Below are positions 9,436-18,880 of a stretch of 64,000 nt of DNA, in pieces. The position numbers and the translations under genes were made by a program. Position 1 is the stretch's first letter; every line of letters begins with the position of its first letter. The notes below the pieces were generated by a model, which was given only the letters and a program-made list of their open reading frames with translations, was not told the origin of the DNA and did no database searches. This DNA comes from Oscillibacter sp. (GTDB lineage Bacteria; Bacillota; Clostridia; Oscillospirales; Oscillospiraceae). The stretch is from contig JAFQRI010000101.1 in NCBI GenBank assembly GCA_017410185.1, positions 357-64,356 of the forward strand, read 5' to 3'.

Positions 9436-9954
9436 ATGGAACTCGTTGATCTTTACGATGAAAACAGGCTCCCGCTGGGCCGCACCGCCCAGCGGTTCTC
9501 CAAACGGGAAAAGGGCGTCTGGCGGCTCATCGCCCATCTGTGCGTGTTCGACTCCCGAGGGCGCTTGCTGCTGCAGCAGCGCAGCAGCGAAAAGCGGATA
9601 TGGCCCGGGAAGTGGGACGTTTCCGCCGCAGGCGGCGTTTCCGCCGGAGAAACCACCCGCACAGCCGCTGCCCGGGAGCTGCAGGAGGAGCTGGGGCTTG
9701 CCGCAGAGCCGCAGGAGCTGCGCAGCGTATGCACCGTTACCTTCAACTATGCCTTCGACGATTATTTCATTTTGAAGCGGGATGTAGACCTTCGCACCCT
9801 CCATCTGCAAAAGGAGGAGGTTTCCGCTGTCCGCTGGGCCACCCGCCAGCAGGTGCTGGACCTGATCCGCAGGGATGCCTTCGTCCCATACTCCGAAAAC
9901 TTTTTGGCCTATCTTTTTGATATGGCCCGTACGATGGAATTCCAAAGCAAATAA
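9436..9954 (+). CDS. NUDIX hydrolase (IPP-isomerase-like subfamily)
   Basis: LLQQRS..K..WPGKWD and Nudix box GGVSAGETTRTAAARELQEELG; GGGAGG RBS. Confidence 0.88.
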   Translation: MELVDLYDENRLPLGRTAQRFSKREKGVWRLIAHLCVFDSRGRLLLQQRSSEKRIWPGKWDVSAAGGVSAGETTRTAAARELQEELGLAAEPQELRSVCTVTFNYAFDDYFILKRDVDLRTLHLQKEEVSAVRWATRQQVLDLIRRDAFVPYSENFLAYLFDMARTMEFQSK

Positions 9955-10058
9955 TTTCCCCTTCTTTCTGCAAAATTCGCTCTTTCTCTTGACGAAGGGT
10001 TTCTCGGGCTGTTATGATAGTTTTGTGATTATGTAAATTGAAACAAGGAGGATCTCCC

Positions 10059-10994
10059 ATGGCCCCTCAGTCTTTGAAGCGCTGCCCCGATTGCGGAGAA
10101 GCTTATTCTGCTTCCTACAAATACTGTCCCTTCTGCGAGGAGGAGGCCGCTTTTCAGGAGGGCGAGATGCTTCGCCGCTCCAAGCGATCCCGTTCGAAAA
10201 GCAGCCACAGCTCTTCCTTTTCTCTCGTCACCCCCACGCTGATCATCCTGATCCTTCTCATGGCAAGCCTGCTGGTCTATCTCCTCTTTGGCGACCAGAT
10301 CAAGGCCAAGCTCAAGGGCGAGGATCTGCCCGTTCCTCCCGCTGCCAGCTCTTCTGTGATCGAAACGCCCCCTGTTTCCTCTTCCATCGAGCCCGTGCAG
10401 CCTGATCCTTCCGTCAGCGCAGAACCTCCCGCACCCGTTGATCCCCCGGCCGATCCCGTGGCTCCCACCGTTCCTTATGAAACGGTATATGCCCTCCCCA
10501 CTGCTTTGACACTGAATAAGTCCGATTTCACGCTGCCTGTGGGCGATCCTGATGTGCAGCTGAAGGTCTCCGGTGGCTCCGGCACCTATACCTGGGTCAG
10601 CCAGGACCCCAACATCGCCACCGTGGATGAGACCGGCAAGGTCAAGGCCATTGCCAGAGGCACTGTGAATGTTCTCGTTTCCGATGGCATTCGCAAGGGC
10701 GTTTGCATCGTCCGTGTCAAGGGCGGCTCTGCCCCTGCCACGGCCACCACATCTGAGAGCAGCCCCCCTTCCACCGGTCTTTCTCTGAACAAGACAGACT
10801 ATACCACCAAGGTCGGTGATATGGATGTGCTGCTGACCCTGGGTGTGACGGATGGCGTCCTCTGGGAGACCTCCAATGCCGCCGTGGCCACGGTTTCCAA
10901 GGGTCTTGTCCATGCGGTGGGCAAAGGTAACTGCACCATTACCGCCACTTACGAAGGACACAGCTACGAATGCATCGTCCGTGTCAAGGGCTAA
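10059..10994 (+). CDS. Membrane-anchored protein: zinc ribbon, one TM helix, Pro-rich linker and two Big_2 Ig-like domains
   Basis: CPDC...CPFC, one TM helix, and two W.S....ATV...G.V.A...G repeats. Confidence 0.8.
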   Translation: MAPQSLKRCPDCGEAYSASYKYCPFCEEEAAFQEGEMLRRSKRSRSKSSHSSSFSLVTPTLIILILLMASLLVYLLFGDQIKAKLKGEDLPVPPAASSSVIETPPVSSSIEPVQPDPSVSAEPPAPVDPPADPVAPTVPYETVYALPTALTLNKSDFTLPVGDPDVQLKVSGGSGTYTWVSQDPNIATVDETGKVKAIARGTVNVLVSDGIRKGVCIVRVKGGSAPATATTSESSPPSTGLSLNKTDYTTKVGDMDVLLTLGVTDGVLWETSNAAVATVSKGLVHAVGKGNCTITATYEGHSYECIVRVKG

Positions 10995-11007
10995 CTTCCA
11001 TAACTAC

Positions 11008-11040
11008 AAAAGAACCGTGCCTTGCGGCACGGTTCTTTTT
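11008..11040. terminator. Bidirectional terminator
   Basis: AAAAGAACCGTGCC-TTGC-GGCACGGTTCTTTT. Confidence 0.85.
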
Positions 11041-11052
11041 CTTTCTTCATTC

Positions 11053-12939
11053 TCAGGCAAGCTCTGCCTGGCCGGTATAAAGCTGATAATATCTGCCCTT
11101 CTGGCGGATCAGATCGTCGTGGTCGCCACGTTCAATGATCTCGCCCTGCTCCAGCACCATAATGGCCTTGGCATTGCGCACAGTGGAAAGGCGGTGGGCG
11201 ATGACAAAGACTGTCCGACCCTCCATCAGATAATCCATACCCTTTTCGATCAGCGCTTCCGTTCTGGTATCAATGGAGCTGGTAGCCTCATCCAGAACCA
11301 GCACCGGGGGATTGGCGCAGGCCGCGCGGGCGATGTTCAAAAGCTGGCGCTCTCCCTGGCTGAGGCTGCCGCCGTCACCGGAGATCACCGTGTGATAGCC
11401 CTTCGGCAGCTTGGAGATAAAGTCGTGGGCGCCGGCAAGTCTCGCCGCCACCTCCACTTCATCATCGCTGGCATCCAGCCGACCATAGCGGATGTTGTCC
11501 GCCACCGTTCCGGTGAAGAGGTGAGTGTCCTGCAGCACCACGCCGAGAGAGCGGCGCAGAGAGTCCTTTTCGATCTCCCGGATATTGATTCCGTCATAGG
11601 TGATGGTTCCGCTTTGGATCTCATAGAAGCGGTTGATGAGGCTGGTGATGGTGGTTTTTCCCGCACCGGTGGAGCCCACAAAGGCGATCTTCTGGCCCGG
11701 CTTTGCGTAGAGGGAAATATCGTGCAGTACAGTTTTATCCTCATCGTAGCCGAACACCACATGGTCAAAGCGCACGTCGCCCCGCAGCGGCACCAACGTG
11801 CCGTCCGCCTTTTTCCACGCCCAGTGGCTGGTTTCGTGGTCGGCTTCCGAAAGGGTGCCCGAACGGTCTTCCGTGACCTGAACCAGCGTCACCTTGCCCT
11901 CATCCAGTTCAGGCTCTGTTTCCATGACCTCAAAAATACGCTCCGCACCTGCCGCAGCAGAAAGCAGCGTATTCACCTGCTGAGAGATCTGGTTGATGGG
12001 CTGGCTCACCTGACGGCTGTAGGTCAGAAAGGCCGCAAGACCGCCGAGATCGCCACTGCGGATGGCCAGCAGCGCGCCCACGCAGCAGGTAAGGGCATAG
12101 TTGAGATAGCTAAGGTTGCCCATGGTGGGGGGCATAATGCCCGCGAAGGTCTGGGCATTGGTGCCCGCCTGACGGTACGCCTCATTCAATTCCTGAAATT
12201 CCCGTCTGGCCACGGCTTCATGGGTGAATACCTTGATGACCTTCTGGCCCTCGATCATCTCTTCGATATAACCGTTGACTTCTCCGAGAGCCTTCTGCTG
12301 AGCCGCAAAATACCGCCGGCTCCTTCCACCGATGGTCTTGACGGCAAAGAGCATCACCCACAGCATGCCGAAGGTGATCAGCGTCAGGATGGGATTGAGA
12401 TAGATCATCATGCCGATGGTACCCGTGAATGTCAGCACACAGGAAATGAGACTTCCAAAGCTGTTATTCAATGCCTCAGAAACCGTCTCAATATCATTGG
12501 TATAGCGGCTCATCAGTTCGCCGTGGGTATGGGTGTCGAAATATTTCAGGGGCAGGCGCTGCATCTTTTCAAACAGCTCTTCTCGGATGCGGGCCACCGT
12601 ATTCTGGGACACATGCACCATAATGCGGGCATAGCCGTAAGAGCAGGCTGCACCTGTCACATACACCAGCGCCATCACACCCAGCATCCGGGCAAGACCG
12701 GGAAAGTCGCCGGGAAGGATATAGTCGTTGATCAGGGGCTTGATAAGGAAGCTGCCGCCTACCGAGCAGGCGGAGCTCACCACCAGCAGCGCCGCCACCA
12801 CACACAGGTGGAGCTTATAGCGGCCCAGATACCGCATCAGCTTGCCAAGCGTCTGGCGCAGATCCTTTGGCTTTTGAAAGGCGCCTTTGCGGCCGGGACC
12901 TTTTCCGGGTCCCATAGGAGGATGCTTATGCTCAGCCAC
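11053..12939 (-). CDS. Heterodimeric ABC exporter subunit (TMD+NBD)
   Basis: GSTGAGKTT, LSQGERQ and VLDEATS motifs. Confidence 0.93.
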   Translation of the reverse strand: MAEHKHPPMGPGKGPGRKGAFQKPKDLRQTLGKLMRYLGRYKLHLCVVAALLVVSSACSVGGSFLIKPLINDYILPGDFPGLARMLGVMALVYVTGAACSYGYARIMVHVSQNTVARIREELFEKMQRLPLKYFDTHTHGELMSRYTNDIETVSEALNNSFGSLISCVLTFTGTIGMMIYLNPILTLITFGMLWVMLFAVKTIGGRSRRYFAAQQKALGEVNGYIEEMIEGQKVIKVFTHEAVARREFQELNEAYRQAGTNAQTFAGIMPPTMGNLSYLNYALTCCVGALLAIRSGDLGGLAAFLTYSRQVSQPINQISQQVNTLLSAAAGAERIFEVMETEPELDEGKVTLVQVTEDRSGTLSEADHETSHWAWKKADGTLVPLRGDVRFDHVVFGYDEDKTVLHDISLYAKPGQKIAFVGSTGAGKTTITSLINRFYEIQSGTITYDGINIREIEKDSLRRSLGVVLQDTHLFTGTVADNIRYGRLDASDDEVEVAARLAGAHDFISKLPKGYHTVISGDGGSLSQGERQLLNIARAACANPPVLVLDEATSSIDTRTEALIEKGMDYLMEGRTVFVIAHRLSTVRNAKAIMVLEQGEIIERGDHDDLIRQKGRYYQLYTGQAELA

Positions 12940-14668
12940 CGATGCTCACTCCTTCCTGCTGAGAGGTATATACCTCCCGGTAAATCTCATTGGTTTTCAT
13001 CAGTTCCTCATGGGTCCCCTGCCCTGCAATACGGCCCTGATCCATCACCAGGATCAAGTCTGCATCCATCACAGAAGTCACACGCTGGGCGATAATGATT
13101 TTCGTGGTGCCTGCCAGACGGGTGCGGAAGGCCTCTCGGATCTTCGCGTCGGTGGCGGTATCCACCGCGCTGGTAGAGTCATCAAGGATCAGCACGCTGG
13201 GCTTTTTCAAAATAGCCCGGGCAATGCACAGCCGCTGCTTCTGGCCGCCGGAGACATTCACGCCCCCCTGCCCCAGATCACTGTCCAGTCCGTCAGGCAT
13301 GCGGCGGAGGAACTCGTCGGCACAGGCCGCCTCGCAGGCACTCCACAGCTCCTCCTCCGTGGCATGTTCATCGCCCCAGAGCAGGTTTTCCCGGATGGTA
13401 CCGGAAAAGAGTGTGTTCTTCTGCAGCACCATGCTCACGCTCTGGCGCAGATGCTCCATGGTGTATTCCTTCACATTTCTGCCGCCCACCTTCACAGCGC
13501 CTTCGTTTGCCTCATAAAGCCGGGGAATGAGAGAGACAAGGCTGGTCTTGCCGCTGCCGGTGCCGCCCAGGATCCCCACCGTAGCGCCGGAGGGAATGTG
13601 AAGATCAATGTCCCGCAGGATCCATTCTGCGCTTTCGCCATGATACTTGAAGGACACTCCTTCAAAGTCAATGGAACCGTCCTGCACCACAGCGTCCTCC
13701 TCTGCCAGCGCGTCCGTGATGGCAGGTTCTTCAGAAAGCACCTCGGCAACACGCTTTGCGCAGGCAATGGAGCGGGTCATCATCATGAACATCATGGAAA
13801 CCATCATCAGCGAGATCATGATCTGGCTGATATAAGTGAAATAGGTAATAAGCTTGCCGGCATCCAATGCCCCGGTGTTTACCAGATGGCCGCCAAACCA
13901 CATCACTGCAATAATGGTGCCGTTGATAATGAGCATCATAATGGGCATATTCATGACCACCGCGCCAAAGGCCTTCTGGGAGGTGTTCTTCAGGTCCTGA
14001 TTCCGCGCAGAAAACTTTTCCCGCTCATACTCCTCCCGAACGAAGGACTTCACCACCCGGATGCCGGTCAGATCCTCCTGCACCACCTGATTAAGGGCGT
14101 CGGTCTTTTCCTGCAGGGACCGAAACAGCGGGCCGGTCCTCACCAGAATGGTCACCACGACCACCACCAGAAGGGGCAGTGCCACCAAAAACACATTGCT
14201 CAGCTCCCGGGAGATGCGGATAGACAGCACCATGGCAGACACCAGCATCACCGGCGCGCGCACCAGAAGGCGCATGCCCATCATCAGCGTCATCTGCAAA
14301 TTGTGCACATCGTTTGTCAGCCGGGTCACCAAAGACGCCGTGGAGAATTTCTCGATATTGGAAAAGGAAAACTCCTGAATATGGTCATATTCCGCCCGGC
14401 GAACATTCGCACCGAAGCCCTGCCCCGCCCGGGCAGAGAGCGCCGCGCTGCCAAGGCCGAAGCAAAGGGAGATCAGGGCAAGGCCCACCATCAGCGCGCC
14501 CCGGGATGTGATGTAACCCACATTCCCTGTGGCGATGCCGATATCCACGATATCGCTCATCACCAGCGGGATCAGCAGTTCAAACACCGCCTCCGCGCCG
14601 GAGCAGATCACACCCAGCACAATGACCCCCAGATAGGGTCTTGCGTGGGGCCACAATTTTTTCACCAT
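12932..14668 (-). CDS. Heterodimeric ABC exporter subunit (degenerate-site half)
   Basis: GGTGSGKT, VSGGQKQ, ILDDSTS (D for E) and IAQR motifs. Confidence 0.93.
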   Translation of the reverse strand: MVKKLWPHARPYLGVIVLGVICSGAEAVFELLIPLVMSDIVDIGIATGNVGYITSRGALMVGLALISLCFGLGSAALSARAGQGFGANVRRAEYDHIQEFSFSNIEKFSTASLVTRLTNDVHNLQMTLMMGMRLLVRAPVMLVSAMVLSIRISRELSNVFLVALPLLVVVVVTILVRTGPLFRSLQEKTDALNQVVQEDLTGIRVVKSFVREEYEREKFSARNQDLKNTSQKAFGAVVMNMPIMMLIINGTIIAVMWFGGHLVNTGALDAGKLITYFTYISQIMISLMMVSMMFMMMTRSIACAKRVAEVLSEEPAITDALAEEDAVVQDGSIDFEGVSFKYHGESAEWILRDIDLHIPSGATVGILGGTGSGKTSLVSLIPRLYEANEGAVKVGGRNVKEYTMEHLRQSVSMVLQKNTLFSGTIRENLLWGDEHATEEELWSACEAACADEFLRRMPDGLDSDLGQGGVNVSGGQKQRLCIARAILKKPSVLILDDSTSAVDTATDAKIREAFRTRLAGTTKIIIAQRVTSVMDADLILVMDQGRIAGQGTHEELMKTNEIYREVYTSQQEGVSIGG

Positions 14669-15102
14669 AAGTCACGATCCTCCTTCAGATTCTGCCGCAG
14701 CCGCTCCAGCAGACCCTGCAGCTGGGCAGCCTCGGCCTGCGTAAAGCCGCGGCGCATCACATCCTCCGCCTCTGCGAAGGCCTGCCGCGTCTGCTCCAGA
14801 AGACTCTTTCCCTTTTCTGTCAGCACCACCAGCTTGCGCCGCCCATCCTGCCGGTCTGTCAGACGAAGCAGCAGCTCCTTTTCTTCCATTCGGCCAAGAA
14901 TACCATTCACCGTTGGCGCTTTCAAGCGCATGAATTCCGTCAGTTCCGTCTGGGGGGCGCTGCCGCCCTGCTGTCCAAGATATAAAAGCGCATGGGTCTG
15001 GGCGGGAGTCATACCAAGGCGGGTCAGCCTTGCTCCCAGCCGCTCCCGGGCAAGATGGGCATTTTCCCCCAGCAGAGGTCCCCAGTAGTTTTGGCAGTCC
15101 AT
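14662..15102 (-). CDS. MarR-family regulator
   Basis: QTEL...TVNGILGRMEEKELL.R...DGRRKLVVLTEKG; overlaps the start of the ABC gene. Confidence 0.9.
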   Translation of the reverse strand: MDCQNYWGPLLGENAHLARERLGARLTRLGMTPAQTHALLYLGQQGGSAPQTELTEFMRLKAPTVNGILGRMEEKELLLRLTDRQDGRRKLVVLTEKGKSLLEQTRQAFAEAEDVMRRGFTQAEAAQLQGLLERLRQNLKEDRDLW

Positions 15103-15115
15103 GTCACCCCTCCTT

Positions 15116-15159
15116 TTATTAGCACGCTAAATGTTAGCATACTAATAAATTTTCGTCAA
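15116..15159 (-). promoter_or_regulatory. Promoter with tandem palindromic MarR operator
   Basis: TTGACG-17-TAACAT, overlapped by the dyads TTAGCACGCTAA and TTAGCATACTAA. Confidence 0.7.
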
Positions 15160-15254
15160 GCTTTTGCTATGGCCAAAATTTCAACTTTTTGTAAACCAAT
15201 TATGACCATTCTCCTCTCTTGTGTAAACAATTTGTGAAGCTTTCGTCACACTTA

Positions 15255-15283
15255 TTGACTTTCCGCGCCGTTGCCTTTATGAT
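15255..15283 (+). promoter_or_regulatory. sigma-A-like promoter with no downstream CDS
   Basis: TTGACT-17 bp-TATGAT. Confidence 0.7.
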
Positions 15284-15289
15284 AAATTT

Positions 15290-15408
15290 GTACCAAGTAA
15301 GTAACATGATTTCTCTCTCCTTTCTATTTTTTCATTTCCCCCCTCTCTCCTTTCAATACACAAGATGCAGAAAGACGGACAGTCCGGTGACTGTCCGTCT
15401 TTCTTTTT
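15290..15408 (+). ncRNA. Candidate CU-rich small RNA
   Basis: Upstream promoter, two copies of CTCTCTCCTTTC, a 16-bp terminator stem with T run, and no RBS-led ORF. Confidence 0.55.
15369..15408. terminator. Terminator (sRNA candidate on +; probably also spoIIP on -)
   Basis: AGAAAGACGGACAGTC-CGGT-GACTGTCCGTCTTTCT followed by TTTT. Confidence 0.85.
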
Positions 15409-16525
15409 ACGTCTCTGTAAGTACCTCGATCATCCCCCGGGCAAACAGCCGGGCCGCCAGTTCCGCCTCCCCCGGAGAATTTCCTGCCGCCCCCACCTCC
15501 ACCAGCAGGCTCCCCATGGTGGCGTGCTGATTATAGCGGGAGTTGCGCAGCAAAAGAGGTCGCATCAGCTGCTCATTGTCTGCCAGCAGGTGGTTTTGGA
15601 TGGCTGCGGCAAGACGCAGATTTTCCCGCCACTGGGGATGGAACAGTCCTCCGCCATCGCTGCCCACCACCAGCGTCATCTGGGCGCTGGTGCCCTCCTG
15701 CGTTTCGCACACAACCTTATACTGCCGCCCCGCACTGTCCTCCACCGCGTCCCGGTGAACATCCAGCACAAAGCGAATGGATGGGTATTCCTTCAAATAG
15801 GCTTCAATGGCCTCCAGTGACCGGTCGTATGCGTCATTGTAAGAGGGGTAGTCATACAGTGTGCGGTCATGGAGCACCGAGATCCCCGCCTCGCTGAACA
15901 CCTCCGCCATAGCGTCGCCGGCAGAGACCACATTATAGCGGCTGTCCGTGGTGCGGTGATCTCCCGACCAGACCACACGTTCCCCCTCCGGCGGTGTATA
16001 GCTTTCGCTTCCATGAGTATGGAGGATGAGGATCTGGGGATCTCCCTCTCCAAGGCCGGCAGCAAAAGGGCGGGCGACCTCCTCGCTCGTCAGGGCATAG
16101 TCCGTGGAATTGGTGATATACGTCCGCCCGCTGACAAGATACCCCTCCGGCGAGGAGGGCACCAGTGTCCGCGCCGCCACACCGTTATCCGCCAGTTCCT
16201 CCGGAACGAGGGGCGTCTCCTCCAGGGGGATCACTACGCGCTCCTCCTGTTCTGCAGGCACTTCTTCCTCCGCTTTCCACAGGATCTCCCTGCGGGCTCC
16301 GAGAAGCTGCGGTGACTGGGCAATGGCCAGAACCGCCGCACCGGAAAGATCATCCCGCACCTGCAGATCCCCCAGTTCCCAGCGCAGCGCCCCTTCCGGC
16401 GCAGCAGAGCGCAGGGCGGAAAAGGCTGCGGCGGCGCTATCCGTCCCGGCTGTGATGACGGTGAGATAAAAAACACCAGCCGAGAGAGCCACCGCTCCCA
16501 GCCGGCGGAAAAGATTCCTCTTCAA
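15407..16525 (-). CDS. spoIIP: Stage II sporulation protein P (cell-wall hydrolase)
   Basis: ILILHTHGSESY, SYNDAYDRS, LDVHRD, RYNQH and LLVEVG motifs. Confidence 0.92.
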   Translation of the reverse strand: MKRNLFRRLGAVALSAGVFYLTVITAGTDSAAAAFSALRSAAPEGALRWELGDLQVRDDLSGAAVLAIAQSPQLLGARREILWKAEEEVPAEQEERVVIPLEETPLVPEELADNGVAARTLVPSSPEGYLVSGRTYITNSTDYALTSEEVARPFAAGLGEGDPQILILHTHGSESYTPPEGERVVWSGDHRTTDSRYNVVSAGDAMAEVFSEAGISVLHDRTLYDYPSYNDAYDRSLEAIEAYLKEYPSIRFVLDVHRDAVEDSAGRQYKVVCETQEGTSAQMTLVVGSDGGGLFHPQWRENLRLAAAIQNHLLADNEQLMRPLLLRNSRYNQHATMGSLLVEVGAAGNSPGEAELAARLFARGMIEVLTET

Positions 16526-16572
16526 AAAACCACCTCCGGGACGAGCCTATGTCCCAAAGGTGGTTTTTATAC
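16525..16572 (-). promoter_or_regulatory. sigma-E-like promoter embedded in a terminator-like hairpin
   Basis: GTATAAA-14 bp-CATAGGCT; an 18-bp stem (two G-U pairs) covers the GGAGG RBS. Confidence 0.6.
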
Positions 16573-16577
16573 CTTAT

Positions 16578-17408
16578 TTATTCCGCAAGATGGCGCATCA
16601 TTTCGATTTCCTTTTTGTAACCCGGAAGCTCATTGGGCGTCTCCAGGCAAAAGGGAAGCCCCTGCAGCGCGCTGTGGCGGACGATCCGCGTCAGCGCATC
16701 GATGCCGATACACCCCTCCCCCAGACAGGCGTGGCGGTCCTTGCGGCTGCCTAAAGGATTCTTGCTGTCGTTGAGGTGGATGGCCTTCAGCCGCTCCAGC
16801 CCGATCACCCGGTCAAACTCCGTCAGCACACCGTCCAGATCGTTTACGATATCATAACCGCCGTCGTGGACATGGCAGGTATCCAGACAAACGCCTATCT
16901 TGTCCTGCAGCTCCACCCGATCCAGAATGGCGCGCAGCTCCTCAAAGCGTCCTCCCACCTCGCTGCCCTTGCCGGCCATGGTCTCCAGCAGCACAATGGT
17001 GGTCTGCTCCTTCTTCAAAATGGCATTGAGGCCCTGGGCAATAAGCTCGATGCCCCGCCCCATTCCCTGCCCCACATGGCTGCCGGGATGAAAATTATAG
17101 AGCTGGCCGGGGATATGCTCCAGCCGCGCAAGGTCATCCGCCATAGTCTCTGCGGCAAAGCGGCGGGTTTCTTCCTTCTCTCCGCAGAGATTCAGGGTAT
17201 AAGGGGCATGGGCCACAAGGGGCGCGAAGTGACGCTCGCGCAGCAGCGCAGCAAGGGATGCCGCATCCGCCGGATCCAGCTCCTTGGCCCGGCTCCCCCG
17301 GGGATTGCGTGTGAAAAACTGAAAGGTATCTCCCCCCAGCTCCAGCGCCGTGCGGCCCATGGCGGCAAAGCCCTTCGTGGAAGAGAGGTGACAGCCGATG
17401 TGCAGCAT
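16578..17408 (-). CDS. nfo: Endonuclease IV
   Basis: [40 protein letters not shown] and ETP motifs. Confidence 0.94.
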   Translation of the reverse strand: MLHIGCHLSSTKGFAAMGRTALELGGDTFQFFTRNPRGSRAKELDPADAASLAALLRERHFAPLVAHAPYTLNLCGEKEETRRFAAETMADDLARLEHIPGQLYNFHPGSHVGQGMGRGIELIAQGLNAILKKEQTTIVLLETMAGKGSEVGGRFEELRAILDRVELQDKIGVCLDTCHVHDGGYDIVNDLDGVLTEFDRVIGLERLKAIHLNDSKNPLGSRKDRHACLGEGCIGIDALTRIVRHSALQGLPFCLETPNELPGYKKEIEMMRHLAE

Positions 17409-17486
17409 AGGCGACCTCCTGTGTGTTTTTTTCAGTATACCACACATCCATCCCCGACGCAGGGATTTTTGCAACAATATCCCCGT

Positions 17487-17621
17487 TTACCCCTCCCGCA
17501 AAAACAACTCTTCCGCTTCCCGCTGCACAGCCTGAAGCTCCTGCTGTATCCGTCCCAGGGTCTCAGTCAGATCAGTGATCGTGTTGAACAGCAGCAGGTA
17601 TTCTTTTTTGATGGTCTCCAT
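17487..17621 (-). CDS. Small helical hypothetical protein, 44 aa
   Basis: Not in the ORF track. GAAAGGGTG RBS. METIKKEYLLLFNTITDLTETLGRIQQELQAVQREAEELFLREG. Confidence 0.65.
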   Translation of the reverse strand: METIKKEYLLLFNTITDLTETLGRIQQELQAVQREAEELFLREG

Positions 17622-17845
17622 ATGTGACACCCTTTCTTTCATAATTTTTTCTTTCGACACAATACCTTGTGGTCTCTGTCACATATGATACACATTTTTC
17701 ATGCATGATTCCGTCACAATCTGTCGAAGGATTTTGAAAATCTGAGGTTTTTGCAGAAGTTGGGAAAAGCAGGGCGGTTTTTGCGCTTGTGCAAGACGGA
17801 TATGGGTGGTATGATAAATTCATCACACAGGAAGGAGGGCGCAGC

Positions 17846-18880
17846 ATGACCACAAAAGAGCATATCCTCACCCACTGCGCCCGTTATCCCCAGCTGCAGA
17901 GCAGGGATCTTTTGAAATTCCTTCATCAATCCACCTTCGGCCCTGGCCATATGGTGTCAGAAAACGGCCTTGATTTCCTCCGTCAGGAAGCCGCAGAGCG
18001 AACCGGCGGTGGGGTAGAACCCCTGGACGGGGATTTCTGCCGCTTCCATCTGGGGGACCTCCTCTCACCGGAGACCCTCTGGCAGTGCTTCCGCCTCTCC
18101 GCCCTCCTGCCCGCAGGAACGGTGGAAGATCTGGAGCGCCGCCTCGCCTGTGCCATGGCCCTGGCAGAGGAGGGATTGCTGCCCTTCTCTCAGGCGCAGC
18201 TTGCCGCAGCTATTGACGAGTGGCGCTTCGCAGGCTTTCCTGCCCAGCACCACACCGATGCCTTCCGCGCCGCTTATGCGCCGGCCTACCGGGTGGTGCA
18301 TCGCTCCTTTGCGTGGATGCTTCCCCTGCTGCGCGCCATCGACCACCGCCCCCAAGAAAAAAAGCCGCTGATCGTTGCCCTTGAGGGCGGTTCTGCCAGT
18401 GGAAAATCCACCCTTGGCGATGCGCTGCAGAAAATTTACGGTTGCTCCCTGTTTCACATGGACGATTTCTTCCTCCAGCCCCACCAGCGCACGGCAGAGC
18501 GTCTTTCCACGGCAGGAGGGAACATTGACCATGAGCGGTTTTTGGAAGAAGTCCTTCTTCCCTGCCGGGAGGGAAACGCCGTTTCCTATCGCCGGTATGA
18601 CTGCCACACCCAGACCATTCTCCCGGCGGTGGAGGTCCCCATCGCTCCGCTGGTGATCGTAGAGGGCGCTTACAGCTGCCATCCCTCTTTGCGGCGGTAT
18701 TATGACCTTACCGTATTTCTGGATATCTCTCCCACCCTGCAGCAAAACCGTATCCGCCGACGCAACACACCGGAGTTTGCCCGGCGATTCTTTGACACAT
18801 GGATCCCCATGGAGCAGCGGTATTTTGAGGCCTTTTCCATCCGGGAAAGCTGTGATCTTATTTTGGAGGTTGAGGAATGA
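17846..18880 (+). CDS. Uridine-kinase-like P-loop kinase fused to an N-terminal domain of unknown function
   Basis: EGGSASGKS, HMDDFF, YDC and IVEGAYS motifs; N-terminal YP...DLLKFLHQSTFGPGH and HHTDAFRAAYAPAYRVV. Confidence 0.8.
   Translation: MTTKEHILTHCARYPQLQSRDLLKFLHQSTFGPGHMVSENGLDFLRQEAAERTGGGVEPLDGDFCRFHLGDLLSPETLWQCFRLSALLPAGTVEDLERRLACAMALAEEGLLPFSQAQLAAAIDEWRFAGFPAQHHTDAFRAAYAPAYRVVHRSFAWMLPLLRAIDHRPQEKKPLIVALEGGSASGKSTLGDALQKIYGCSLFHMDDFFLQPHQRTAERLSTAGGNIDHERFLEEVLLPCREGNAVSYRRYDCHTQTILPAVEVPIAPLVIVEGAYSCHPSLRRYYDLTVFLDISPTLQQNRIRRRNTPEFARRFFDTWIPMEQRYFEAFSIRESCDLILEVEE

Noticed and set aside
15306-15530. Hydrophobic peptide MISLSFLFFHFPP... as a type I toxin
   Set aside because: It has no RBS, and the frame runs through the terminator into spoIIP.
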